Below, one piece after another: positions 23,987 to 36,800 of a stretch of DNA of 64,000 nucleotides (its first letter is position 1; each line of letters begins with the position of its first letter). The notes under the pieces were generated by a model, which made no database searches, was not told the DNA's origin, and was given only the letters and a program-made list of their open reading frames with translations. Source of the stretch: Klebsormidium nitens (Eukaryota > Plantae > Klebsormidiophyceae); contig DF237342.1 of assembly GCA_000708835.1 (NCBI GenBank), positions 1-64,000 on the forward strand, read 5' to 3'. A program made the position numbers and the translations under genes.

Positions 23987-25626
23987 ACTGGCTGAGCACG
24001 TTGAACGTTGTGTCCACCATTCGGGAGCTACCTATCCAGCGAGTTGCAAGTAACTCCGCTTATTTGGCCACATATGTCAACAGCTTATTGTTTGTTGTTC
24101 CTTCTTTTTTGCCGAAGAACACAGGCCAGAGGGCATAGATGGGGTCCGTACTTGTGCAAAATACAGTACGCTGTGCTGCAATATGCGACGCGATAGTCAG
24201 ACTTCCATGATTGGGCTCCTTGCTGTGCGCGTTGTGCATATGGTGGCACCCTCACGAAGCAGCTCTGGGTGTGGTTAATCAATTCATGGGCCTTTTAGTA
24301 TAGCTCACTATGCGGGCGCTGTTTAAGACTACTGCAAAAGTTCGCAGTATGACATAAGGATACACGTCTGATGTCGTAATTTATGATTGGATGGTATACC
24401 CGCAACAAGATATTCATGTGCATGCCCTTTGCTTTGAGGAGAATTGGTGGATTTTTTGGACTCTTGTCTGCATGATTGATTAGAGATTCTATAGGATCTG
24501 TGAATCAGAGAGGATCACATGGCACCCATGTCTCGATCATGCACAAAGTCACTTATGTATAGTATGTGAGTTGACAGTCTCGATATCATGCACTCCAATT
24601 TCAGTTTTCCGGCCAGCTTTCAGTCGCTAGTCTCTGGTTGCACAAAGCGAGAAGATGAGGCCCATGACCAGGCTCGTCAAATTCCATGTCCCATTGATCG
24701 TCTGTCCGACTCTTGCCTACCTAGCGCAGTATAATCTACATAAGGTACACACTACAGTGGCAGCACCAGCGCTCTGATGTTCCACACAACACGCAACTCT
24801 TCTGAGCAAATTGCGAAGAGCTTGACCCATGGACACGGTAAGACCTAATGCAAGGCAGTAGTTTGGTGTGGTAATCAACATTGCACTGCCTACTGCTGTA
24901 GACAGATGATCAGTATTTTCTGGTCACTGTCTATGTCTGGTCACTGATCTGCACCCAACTTGGTTGAACCGACCCAGAATCCCTGGACAATCAAAGGTCC
25001 TCCAGGCCTGCAAAGTTGTAGCACAAATGTCAGGAGACCTGCTCCACCTATTCAGATTATGCAACAAAAGTCCTAACAAGCAAGTCCTAAGAAGTCTCAC
25101 AAGAAAGCACTGTCTCCGTGACACCAAACTTGCGGATGGGCGAAGCAGCCAAACAAATACCTCACATTTAGATTCAATTGTGCCACTCCCTCAAAACGAG
25201 ACATACACTCTGAATCTCCTGCATATACCACCCAGAAGCTGACAAACTCTTGAACCAGCCGCATACATTCTATAGGGCATCCTGAATGCATCATCTGCCA
25301 ACTGCGAGTTCACCCGATCAGCAGACTTTCCAATGAGGCTTACCTTCAAACGGTCTGTTCGCACCCTCTCTTGCTCTCCAGTTTTGCAGGGCGGCCCCAA
25401 GTAGCACCTTTGATCCACTCATCGGTGCCCTCAAATGCATCAAGACTTTCCTGTGTGTGGAGCTGATTGATGTTTTCCCCTCATATAGCAAACCACTGCC
25501 TGTGGTATGTGCTTTCAAGAAGAAGCCAAACATTCTCACTGTTGTTCCAAAATCAATGAAAGTCTGGAAGAGTCCCTAAGAACAAGAGGAAACTGGAGCT
25601 CCCCAGGCATGGCCCCTGGCAGTATC

Positions 25627-25827
25627 CTACGCTCTTTCCTCTGCTTCTTGATGACCTCGCGCCAGCAAGCTTCGGTACACCTCTCTGGCCCTCTCTTCGC
25701 CCAAGACGATGCGGCTCGCATGCTCGTTCTCCAGGTTCACAAACCGGAAGCCGACTTTCAGGTAGCAAACCATGAAGGCTGCCAGGAAGAAGATGCCTAC
25801 AATCAGGAGCACCAACCATAACTCCAT
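25627..25827 (-). CDS. Possible small single-pass membrane protein (66 aa)
   Basis: ATG in gcggcATGG context, hydrophobic N-terminal helix (LWLVLLIVGIFFLAAFMVCYL) followed by a charged tail. Minus-strand splice-like signals upstream (donor cag|gtaagg near 27356, acceptors near 26900 and 26410) suggest a spliced 5' UTR. Confidence 0.3.
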   Translation of the reverse strand: MELWLVLLIVGIFFLAAFMVCYLKVGFRFVNLENEHASRIVLGEERAREVYRSLLARGHQEAEERA

Positions 25828-28012
25828 GCCGCAAAGGCAACCGCTTGCAAGGGCGACTTCTGCCGGTATTCACTTCTCATAAGCCCGTACCCATCAATGA
25901 CAAAGACATGGGGCTGATCACTTTGCTGGCTGGACGGAATCCTGTTCCAAGCTTCCAACTTCAAGGTTGATCCTGAGCCCTCGGCCACTTTGCTGCTCGA
26001 TTGGTGTGAATGGGACCGCTGGCCAGAATTATTTCGCCATCGGCCGTCAAGAGTTGTACTGCTCTGCATCGGACGGTTAAATAGGACGTACAATGCACAG
26101 CGCTTAGGCTTCCAAGATTCTGACACCATTGCTGTTCCCAACAATGCCACATGATGCCATCTTGGCTATTGGCATTGCCAGTATTGGCTTGAACTTGGAT
26201 GAAGCAGGCACGTGCGCTTCAGTACTAGGTATACGAGACTGCCATTAAATGCTTGATTGAAGTGTTGTCCTTTCCCTTCGTATTCATGCAAGCATGAAGA
26301 CTCACATCCTACTGCAGTGCATTTGTTTGGAAGCGGAACACTAGCTAATTCCGCTCGACAAGCGCACATGTGACCAGATTTGATTCGTTGAAATGATCAT
26401 GTTCACCCTGCAAATAATAACGGATGTGGCGCACGAGATTCAAAAACAACATGGTCTGAACATGGCGTCGAATAGAGCTTGGGTCTGGAGCAAAACCTGA
26501 CGTGCAAACTTGGACAGCAACATCCAAGCCAGGTTTTTGCAGCAAAATGAAGGGACACAAAATGCTTTCATGTAGACATAGAGCTGAAAATTCCCCCTGA
26601 TCATAAACCTATGCACAAGAAGGGTTATAAAGAGAAATTAAGCGGAATCAGAGTGTTTTATGAGCTGAGGTTGAACTATGACGTGGATATGATGTTGGGC
26701 TTGAACTTCTGAATCGATTGTAACACCGTCCACCGCAACAATCTCCGATCTATATGCTAGTAGGTGAAAGTTTCGAGATCTCGATGCACGACTTCTCGTT
26801 GGTCGTTCAAGTGATCTTCTCTTTCCTACTGCACGTGAGTTGACACATCTGGAAACATACTGAGTCGCTTGTTTCAACCTTTGTGTCAGGCTGCGACCTG
26901 CAGACAAGCAAGGCGACAAGAAGTCAGCTTTGCTTCAGAACAGAAGCGAGCAGCATAGATCGCTTTGGGGCACAGATCGACCGTGAATTTTGCGTGGCCG
27001 TTCCTAACGTGGAGCTGAGAACATTGACCTTTACTAATTACTAGACATACTAAATGATACATGATTGGCAAGAAATTTGGCCTTCCAAAGAAAAGAAGAC
27101 CGAAAGGGAAGAAATAGCGGCGCTCCTTTGCTAGGTACTATTCTCGTCGTTGCTTTGAAAGCACCACTGATGATGGAGACCGCTTTTCTCGCATTTTTTC
27201 GCGATTTCGGAGAGTAAACGTAGGGGCTTCGTGAGACTCAAGCACAGGCTATCTCTTTTGACCAAAATAAACTGTTTCGTCTATTCTCTCACAGCATCAC
27301 TTTCTGTCACACACCCTCCACCTCTATCAAAAGCAATAATGGCGCAGCACCTTACCTGACGACAGCAGCCGCTTAGCACCTCACGGCATGACGACGACAG
27401 CAGCTGGTGTTACCACGCTGTCTCTTCCGGCCAAACGGCTAGTGAGACGCAGTCAAACAATCAGCCGTCGTTCGAAGCGTCCAATCGGTCCGAAAGGACC
27501 AAAGAGAGCCGCCTAATGGGTACTGAGGCTCTACCGATTTTCGGACGCCTTCGGAGGCTGAGCAATGACCGGTGAATCGCAGCCAATTCAACTGCGGCTA
27601 TTCAGACGCTACGAAGCTCAACTGAAGCCGTGCAGCCGGGCGCTTGTTGCACAATCTAAACTGTGGCGCACTCAAAAGCCTTATACAAACTGCCGCTTTG
27701 GCTGCCGCAGAGAGCCTCCATTTCCAGGACATTGCGGACACGGGGGTTCCTTTTGGCGCACGTTTGAAAAACCCCCTTCGGACTTCGTCACCCTTCCAAA
27801 GCTCGAGCAATAGGAGCTCCAAGGGTTGGTGGACGCAACTTTGGAAGCGTAGCTGGTTTTGGACGCTACGGCCTTCCGGAGGATTGACGGCGCACGCCTT
27901 TCGGACGCTGCTGAAGGAGCGGACGCTCAGTGCTCTGACGCTTTCGGACGCCGCTGAAACAGCGGACAATCAGTGCGGCGGCGCTTTTGGACGCCGCTGA
28001 CTTTGCGGACGC

Positions 28013-31000
28013 CTAGCTCGGCTGTAGCCGTTGTTTGGCGATGAGGTAGATCTCGCGGGAGGCGGCCCGGGTCGCCTGCGGGCGCAGCCACGCCACGCGG
28101 TGGAAGAGCGGCTTGCATCGCTCGCCGAAGTCTGGCAGGTGCGGACGTACGGAGGTTAGACATTAGAGCGAAGCCCGGTATTCGGAGAATGAGAAGTCAA
28201 AAGTCAGTCGAATGAACGAGACTTGTCTCGAAAGGGCGCAGCCGACGCACGCGCTGGAAGAGCGGCTGCACCGCTCGCCAAAGTCTGAAATGTGCGGACG
28301 TACTGTTGTTAGTAACTAGAGCAAACGTCCGGGTTCGGCGGGAAAGAAAATACAGAAGATTAAACGAACCCGGCTCACGAGCCGGAAGAGCGGCTTGCAC
28401 AGCTCGCCAAAAGCTGGCAACTCTGGATGGAGGAATGTTAGTAACTAGAGCGAACGTTCGTGTTTGATGATTGAGGAAGTCAGAAAGCCAGGCGGACGAA
28501 CGAAAGGGGAACGTTACGGGCGCAGCTAGGCCACGTGCCAAAAAGAACTTTTTGCACCGCTCGCCGCTTTTCTGCATGGGCGGACGACCGGATACTAGAG
28601 GGAACAGACGTCGGAAGTCAGCGTGAGGACATTAGGACGACGTGAAAGCAACAGAAGCTTCTGCACATATCAGACAGAGATTAAAATTGAAAACGTCTTA
28701 AACTTTAGGACCCTTCTGCCCACAAAAGTGAGGACTGTCTCTACAAATTATCCAGCGGAGAAACGATCAGGAGCACTTGCAACGCCCGCGGATTTCTGGC
28801 AGGTACGGACGTACAGATCGTAGCAACGAGAACGGTCGTCCGGAGTCGGCCATCGAGGAAGTCAAAACGCCAAGTAAGAGAACCAAAGCAAGGGCAAGAA
28901 CGATTAGCTCTTTCTTCCGCCAGCCGAGCCGTTCGAACCGGTCGATGATGAAAATATGTGCAATCTGAAATTCAAATTCAAAAATCCGGGTCAGCCGACT
29001 CCAGTTAAGCTGACAAGATTGTAAGGGACGGGCTAGTACGCGCGGACAAACCCCTTATACCTCCACATCACCAGGAAAAACTGGTTTAAGTCCTGGCTTG
29101 CATCACGATTGAAGCCAAGCCACCAATCTGAGCTGGCCAAGCAGGAGCCTTTTCACGAGCTTCCAGGTATGCTCGACAGGTATTGCAAGGCTTTAACAAA
29201 GAACGGTAGTGAACAATCGGAAGGACTGAGACGAGACTTCCACCGGATATGTTTGTGAGAAGTTCCAAGACTTCCGAGGTACTGATTGGGCCCGACGAGA
29301 GGCCCTGTAAACGACGCACCTTTCGTCCCCTCGCCTTCCAGCAGCTTTACAACAAAGTGGCCCCCCGGCAGGAGGAGGCCTCCGTCCTCATACTTTCCTT
29401 TCGGACCTCCCTTTCCGTCTCCGTTTCCGTTTCCGGATGCACCGGCGCCCTCGTTCGGACGTCCGTGTTGGCAGCCGGCAGCACCCGCGCCCTCTTTCGG
29501 ACGTCCGGCTTCCTCGTCCGAACGGCCAAAATCTCGTTCCGGAGGCCCGGATTCGACGTCGAAAGCACTAAAGCCCACTTCCGGACGTCCGAATCCGTCG
29601 TCCGCTTCACCCAAGTCTAGGCTGAAGTTGGCCCGTCCAAGGGCCAGCTGGGCGGCGCGCTCCCCGAGCTCGAGCGAGCACCGAACGTCCGAGAAGCCGT
29701 TTCCGGACGTGGCTGGGCACATGTCCGACAAAACCGTCGTAAAGCCCTGTGGAGGTTGAAAGAGGTTTGTTTGCTGACGTCACGGGTATATCTTGACCGT
29801 CGAGATTAAAAAGGGTTCCAAGAGCCGTCCCAACCGGTGGCGGACATGGCAGAACCGTCCAAAGAAACCGACCTGTAGATTACAGTAGTTGCTTGTCTCT
29901 GATGTCAAAGAAAGACGTATCTTGAACTTCAATTTTTCTAATAAATGGAAGCGTCTGAACGCTCGGCCAAAGGTGCAGAAGGGCACGAGTCAGGAAGAGC
30001 CGGCATGAAGCCCTGCTGAAGCTGGAAGTAGGACACAAGTGCTCGTCCATTCTGGGTTAGTGAAATGGCCTCCCTAACCGGGAGGCAGTTTCGGGGGTAC
30101 TAAGTCTGGGTCGGGGAGTCAAATACGCGGTTGGTCGTGGAATTGAGGACTGGCTACGTCAAGAATGGACGTTGGTAGATGGATGGTTGGTGAAAGTCCC
30201 CAATCATGCGCCGGTTTATTGAGTCTGTTTTGGGTTTGTTAAACCCAATTACAATTGAGAGCCTCGGAGTAGACTGAGTAGTATGGCACAATGGCAATCG
30301 TCAACGGTGTAGATTGACCGGAAGATAAATCGACGGTTCTCGGTCCTCGAACTCAAAGGCAAGGGATGCCACGTTGGCAGGCTGTGAGGGTTTAGCCAAT
30401 GGGATCACAAGTAAAATAGCTTTACCGCGGACTTTTGACATGCCAATATAGGGAGGCAACAACTCCCATTGAAATGGACTACCTCAATTGCAAAACCCAG
30501 CCTCGTCTAAAAGCATCGTGCAACCCTGTCAAATGTGCCTGAAGCATCGATACACTCACCACTCTGCGGATCAAAGCGGTAGGGGTTTAACAGAAACACC
30601 GCCTTTCTTGCCTTGTCTTTCCTATCCAATGGCTGGAGATGCTCTTTCAAAGACTGCATCTGCGGCCTATTTCTCAAGCAACGAGTGAATGTCCAACAGT
30701 GGCGAAGAGAAAAAGAACCGCAGACAGGTCAAGGAAAGGCGAATAAGATACACCACACACGAACGAAGAAAGGGGCGAAAGCAGGCAAGGAAACGCGACG
30801 AGAACTTGACGAAGGCAGAACAACGCACATCGTAGAACAGATGGTGCAGAATCACAGCATACTGAGATGAGGCGGAGTACGGCCGATGTCGACTCACATT
30901 CTTCACTCGCGGACTGATGTCCCGCAGGTGCCAAGGTTGAATGTCGAACGCATCCCCGTGCAAGAACCGGACGCGCTTGTCGCAGTAGGGGCCTGGGATC

Positions 31001-32571
31001 CTCATTTGCTGCAATTGGCAAGTGCGTGAGTATATGAGTGACAAGGTGCAAAAGCATGTAGAGTTGGCCTAGAGGCAAAGGTCCTGGTCGTTCCTTAACC
31101 CCTTGACCCTGACCTTGTACCGACCAGAGTTTAGTAGACTTAGTGTTGCAAAGGAAATTTTGCAAAGAGACGGAAGCCAACAAACAAAGTATCTGATGAA
31201 GATGAGTGTTCTGATCGAAGTCTAGACCCGCACCTGTGACCACCTCTGGTTGGGGCGGAAAAACCATGTACAAAAACGACGAAATGCTAAGAAGATGGGC
31301 GAAGTGACGACAGTACGACGAGCAGATGATCCTCAGTCCTACTACTCTCGTCATATCCTACAATCTGTAAGAGGAGCGACAGCTCTTCTATTCTTTAGCA
31401 GTTTCTTCCAGGTGACTAGAAGTTTTCAGCCGCCGGACACCTTGGAAGGGTGTACTTTTGTGGCCGAGCTATTGAATCTCAGAAACATCTTGCCAGCATC
31501 GCAGTAAAGCATCAAAACAAGTCATGGAAACATCACCACCGTACCTGGATGTCGACCCCTACAACAAGGCCTCCATTGCGGATGTTGCCCAGCAACTTGC
31601 ACGCTACCTGCAATCGCAATCCAATCACCAATCTTTAAAAACTAACAAATCATCAAATCACATGGTTGAAACCCATTGAAACTTGCAAGGATAGAACAAG
31701 GTATGGGGCGAAAGGGACTGGGGCTTGCTTTGGCCTGTGCGCTGAGCTGACGAGTGCTATGAGCAGTACTGAGCTTCTTCACACCGAAGAGATCCTGCTG
31801 CTTTGGCAGTGCAACACCATCACTTTTTGGATCTTTAGGGGGGTAGGATTTTTACCTGCAGCCAGGCCCCTGGAGCGCACCCCAGATCGAGCACCTTGGC
31901 GCCCTTATGTTTGATGACATGGTGCTTGTCCTGAATCTCCAGCAGCTGTCGGAAGAGATTTAAAACATTCTGACTTTCCAAGAGAGATGACAATCTTCCG
32001 TATTGGTGATTTGGTCAATGACTCATTTCCCAGGGCAGTGCAAGGTGCGAGTAAATATATTGGCTTTGAAAGCACCATTGAGATATGCCACGCCACCAAG
32101 GCGGCATCTATCGTAAGCAGACAGACCCTGTGATTCTTGCTGGCATTAAGACTACAAGTCCTATTCTTTTTGATCGACAAAATATTGGCAGCACAACAGG
32201 TGAAGTTCTGAAAATTCGGTGCGAGGTGCCAGATTTTCTGCCACCAAAAAGCTGCTCTTTAAAAAATAGCTTGTGAAACTTGGGGACATGGCATCACCCA
32301 CCACCAGTTGCAAAGCAAGCACGGGGCCACTCCTGGATCAGACTGCAATACTCCCCTCCTGCCAACGGGCTGAACTCAAATGCAAATCCTGCTTTTGGAA
32401 GTACAATAATCCTCAGTCACGCACATCAAAGGGTGGTGTTGCGGCAAAAGAACAGGCCGATTCCAAATCATTCTTGCAAGAGCGACAAACCTTGAATGCT
32501 GAACGCGCCACGTACTTCAATCGCTTGGCTTGCTGGAAGTAATGATCCTGTGCTTTGAAGAGGTTTGACAT
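28013..32571 (-). CDS. RrmJ/FtsJ (RlmE/MRM2-like) rRNA 2'-O-methyltransferase, At5g13830-like, about 293 aa
   Basis: Exons 32491-32571 (YVARSAFK), 31856-31945 (VLDLGCAPGAWLQ), 31545-31607 (VVGVDIQ), 30907-31008, 29320-29746 (VLSDMCP...PGGHFVVKLLE) and 28013-28131 (WLRPQATRAASREIYL). All phases agree, and the K-D-K-E catalytic tetrad is present. Confidence 0.93.
28140..28830 (-). repeat. Degenerate tandem copies of the RrmJ last-exon branch point, acceptor and exon start
   Basis: On the + strand, ggaagagcggct.gca..gctcgcc.aag.ctg recurs at about 28255, 28385 and 28550, with a weaker copy near 28790. The functional exon starts at 28131. Confidence 0.85.
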
Positions 32572-32716
32572 GACCGCTTCGGAAGTTGGGAGTGAGAGGT
32601 GGACAGAAACGAAAGCGCCTCTAGGTTTCTTCTGAAGAAGGCAGAACACGGCAATGCCAATTACTTGAATTACTTGAATTAGAATTTGCAGGCGATGGGC
32701 ATTGCTACCATTTCTG

Positions 32717-32736
32717 NNNNNNNNNNNNNNNNNNNN
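32717..32736. other. Assembly gap (20 N)
   Basis: Run of 20 n. The 13-mer gctaccatttctg occurs on both sides (32704-32716 and 32758-32770). Confidence 0.99.
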
Positions 32737-32771
32737 AGCAAGACGGTACACGACACCGCTACCATTTCTGT

Positions 32772-32782
32772 ATTAGGGTTTG
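32772..32782. promoter_or_regulatory. Telo-box (AAACCCTA) about 200 bp upstream of the RrmJ start
   Basis: attagggttt is the reverse complement of AAACCCTAAT. Telo-boxes are known in plant ribosome-biogenesis and translation gene promoters. Confidence 0.35.
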
Positions 32783-33832
32783 CTGAAAGTTAGTAAACCC
32801 TGCATGTGATGAGCTTCATCAGACTGCTGATGTCACTGTTGGCCATGCAAAATGTGAGAGCAAAATTATAACCGTCGAATGGTTCTTCCGAGTTCATCGG
32901 AGGGCTGCGAATGAACGCTAACCGATCAGGTGGCATGTGCTGACATCACGCTTTCGGCGCCTCAGTGCTACACAGAACTCTCGTGAGCATTCTGGTCATG
33001 GAGCACCATACCACTGCTGGAACCCTTCGTCTTCTTAGAAGGAGCACAGAGCCAGCTCAATTGAGAACAGCAATTGCAGTCGCCAATTGCAAAGAAAGTA
33101 GGCAGCACATTTCTCTTCGAGACCTGTGCTGCAGGGCAATGCTGCGCATCTTTACATCTACTGATGAGCAAAGCGGTTCTGGAAACTTTGAGAACCACCA
33201 CAGAACAGTTACTTTGTGTATAGGAGACGGAAGGCTACTGAAGGTGAGTCTCGTAAAGGCTGATTGTTTAAGCATAATGTGCCCTCACTGGCACACAGTC
33301 TGCAATGCTGGCGGTTCATAAGTATCTTATGGTCCCACTGATTCTTGATAACTTTTCTTTTCGATGAGTTACGATGAGGGTCAACAGATAGAAAGTCGAG
33401 TGTTTCCAATTGGAGCTCCTTGTATCAATGTGCACAGATCTGAGCTCAGTTCAATGCTGCCCCTTGAAAAGTCTGAGCTCAATGCGTTGACCACATCAAC
33501 CATGACTGCAACAAGCATGCTTCAATGCAACTGCTGTCTGACCAGTCACTGAAAGCGACAAACTTACAAAACAATCGCTTTTAAACAGCAATGCGTTTGA
33601 AATGCCCTTTCAGCAGACTTCAGTGCTTTCCAATTCGAGGATCTTGAAAGGCCGTTTGAAAGGAGTGTTTCATCTTTCATCACATTGACATTCTTAGTGC
33701 AGGCAAGCATTGTACTTCCCCCATGACCTAAAGTCTTTTACATAGGGGGAAAAGGCACCTTCTGCAGGCCAAGAATTGCACACTCACTTGTCCATAAACA
33801 TCTAGCCAGTGAAAGCAACAAGCGGGCCAAGT

Positions 33833-36800
33833 ATGGGGAAGAAAGACACTGAGCAGAGGGAAGCCAAGGCCCCCAAAAAGGGGGAACCATCAGAAAGGCC
33901 CAGACACGAACAGCCAAACCCATGGCTAGGCCTAGCGCAGCTAAGCATCGCGCCGAGCTGGCGTGCCGTTCAGGGGGGGGACGAAGAATCGGGCCAGACC
34001 AGAAAAAGCATGAGCCGAGATGAGAGTTCACTCGCCGGCGGTGGTGCGAACGCGCCCTCAGGTGTAAACGGGCCCTCCGGCCACCATCACGAAGAGGCCG
34101 AGAAAGGGAGAGAAGGTACGAGGCAGTCGCTCTGGTTCCCCGTGCTGAGAAAAGAGGCGCCCTCGATCGCCCATCGGGGATTTTCTTTCGTTCGGAGTTT
34201 GATCGCACCGGAAGGCGTGCGGTTGCAGAACAGGGGGGTGCAGGCCGGGGAGTCGTTCATCCCCCAGGAGAAGCAGGACCGCGAAGGGGGCGTGGGTGTG
34301 ACTGAAAAGGAGGGAGGGGGGGCGGGCGTTGGAGCAGAAGGGGGCCATTCACACCTGCCAGATGGCAAGGAGGGCCCGGGTGCGAACAGGCTCAAAGCCG
34401 GGCTTCTGCAGGAGGAAGCGGGGATGCCCACAGCCGCTCCCGCGCGTCCCGTAGAAAGACACTCTAGCGCGCATCCAAACTTGTCGGACAATAGAGGGGA
34501 CAGCGAGTCAGCTTCGCACGGCGCCGAGTCTGCTACTCCAGGGGGGTCGAATGCGGGGCCCTCGGGGACCCCCCTGAGGACGGAATCGTCATCGGGATCG
34601 TCGGCAGGGGGAGGGGGTTTCGTACGAAGGCTCGAAATTCAGATAGGGGAGAACGGCGAAGTGAAAGCGGAGGAAGTGTGGCAAGATGCGATGAGTGCGA
34701 TGGCCGTGGGAGAAGGGGACATGGGACGGCTCGGGAGCGAGGTTCGGCGGCAGTTGAGCAAGATTCCGTCGGACATCATGCCGAAACCGGAGGGCAAGGT
34801 CTGCGTCCTGGCAATAGGTGAGCAAAGGGATTGGTCTACCTTTGTTTAGCTCCATCATCCTGATTCATCTCGAACATGTTTGGTTAATATAAGAGAAGCT
34901 TGCGATGTTGATTGCGTGGAACTAGGCTCCGTTGGTTCTGGTTAGGCTGACTGAGTTCAGTCAAGTCTTGTCCTTCAATAATATTCGATCAGGCAGTTTG
35001 GTATAGACCGGATTGATGAAACTGGCTTTCGCTTATCTAAGCTCGTGACCATCCAATCAATAAGATTTGTTGCATCTACATAGAGGTAAGAAGCGTTAGT
35101 CTTTTGACAATAAGTGGTCATATATTCCCAAGACAGGGACCCGATAATGGGTAGACTCTCTGGACCCTCTTTCTTTGAACAGACAATCTACCTTAAGAAA
35201 GGCACCACTTCTCGCTTCATCTCATAATCCTGGCCTCTTCGTTTGACTATACTCGAAGATTCGGAACGTATCTTGCGAGTGTCAGTCATGGTCGTAATCC
35301 AGAAGACATGCAGTGGCGGCTTTCAGAGCTTCCTAAACGATCGAAGGTCGCTCCGCCCAAATGCTCAATCGCCAACCAAGGGGCAGTCGTCTGAAAGTCC
35401 GTCGCCTCTCTCTATTGCACAGAGCGCTTGTGATCACCTTCGAAGCAGAGCGGGAAAATTCGAGCCTTCCTGATTCAGAGCTCCTCGAGCCTTTCTTACT
35501 CCTAGATGGCGGAGGGGTGCGAGGACTCATACCTGCGCTGACGCTGGCTCGGCTGGAGGGCATGCTGCAGCAGAAGAGCGGCAACCCCGACGCGCGGATC
35601 GCCGACTACTTCGACATGATCGCTGGTCAGTTTGTTTCAAACCCCTAGCTTTACGAATTGCCGTTTGCTGCTCTTACCGGCTTTTCAAAGGGCAGGATGA
35701 TCGCTGGATTATCGCTGGATTCGCCTTCTGAGTTCTGGCCTTCGGTTGCCTTCGACTAAGTCTGGGAAAGCTTGCTATGTCGAGCTGCTGGTACCTTCTC
35801 GTACAGCTCTAGAGGATTACTGTCTCTTCTGTCAAGCCCTGCTTCTGCATCAGAAGCGCTGTATTGACCCTGGCATACTCGTACGGGATGCACGGCAGGC
35901 TGCGCGAGCAATTCAGAGTCGATGATCTTGGAGTCGAAAGTACGAGAGACCTTCCCGCTCCTAAAAAGGGCAGCATTGCTTGTACCGTTCACCTGTAAAG
36001 AAGCCTTCCAGATCCAACAAATATTCGAGCCTCTCAACAAAGCAGATCAAACATTCCCCAGGCTCTTCGTAATCTTACTACAATTAGTAAATAAGCTCAA
36101 GACGTTTGATAAGGTAACCTGGGACGGGGGAATAGCTTGGGATTTTCCTGGTGGGTAGGATGGCGGAGCAGGTGGTTCTCCGGGTCAGGGTTTTCAGTCT
36201 TTGTGGGAGCTTAGTATGATCTTCACTCGCCTTCATCTTCTTAAGAATCATAGGCACGTCCTTGGGCGACTTGCTGGCGTTCACGCTGCTGACGCCCAAC
36301 AACATTCGAAGGCAGCGCTTCAATACTCTGCTCTATGCTTCGAAAGTTCCAGCGTCTCGGACCGCACTCAAAGTCTTTACCCCTAAAGCCTAGAAGATAT
36401 GACACCCCACAGGCACGTCGGCGGGCGGCTTGCTGGCGGTGATGCTGCTGACGCCGGACGAGGACGGGCGGCCGCTCTTCAGCAGACCATTTTCGGAATC
36501 CATGCCCCGCAAACTATGAGTGTCAAGTCCTCACAGGCCAAACTCACCCAAGAATATTAACACCCTCACATATTCCGCAGGAACCTCTGTGGGCGGGCTA
36601 CTGGCAGTGATGCTGCTGACGCCCAACGAGGACGGGCGGCCGCTCTTCAGCGCGGCGGAGGCCGCGACGTTCATCAAGAACAACTCGCCCATGATCTTCT
36701 ACAAGCACTGGGCGGCCGGGCTGCGCCAGATCTTCAAGCCCAAGTACAGCACCAAGTGAGCACCTCTCAAACGTCAGAACCCGCGGAAGGAAAACGTGGA

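Noticed and set aside
27644-28000. 118-aa plus-strand ORF just past the RrmJ stop
   Set aside because: It lies in the cggacg-rich 3' flank antisense to RrmJ, with no start context or recognisable domain.
32704-32770. 13-bp direct repeat flanking the N gap as a target-site duplication
   Set aside because: More simply explained by overlapping contig ends at a scaffold gap.
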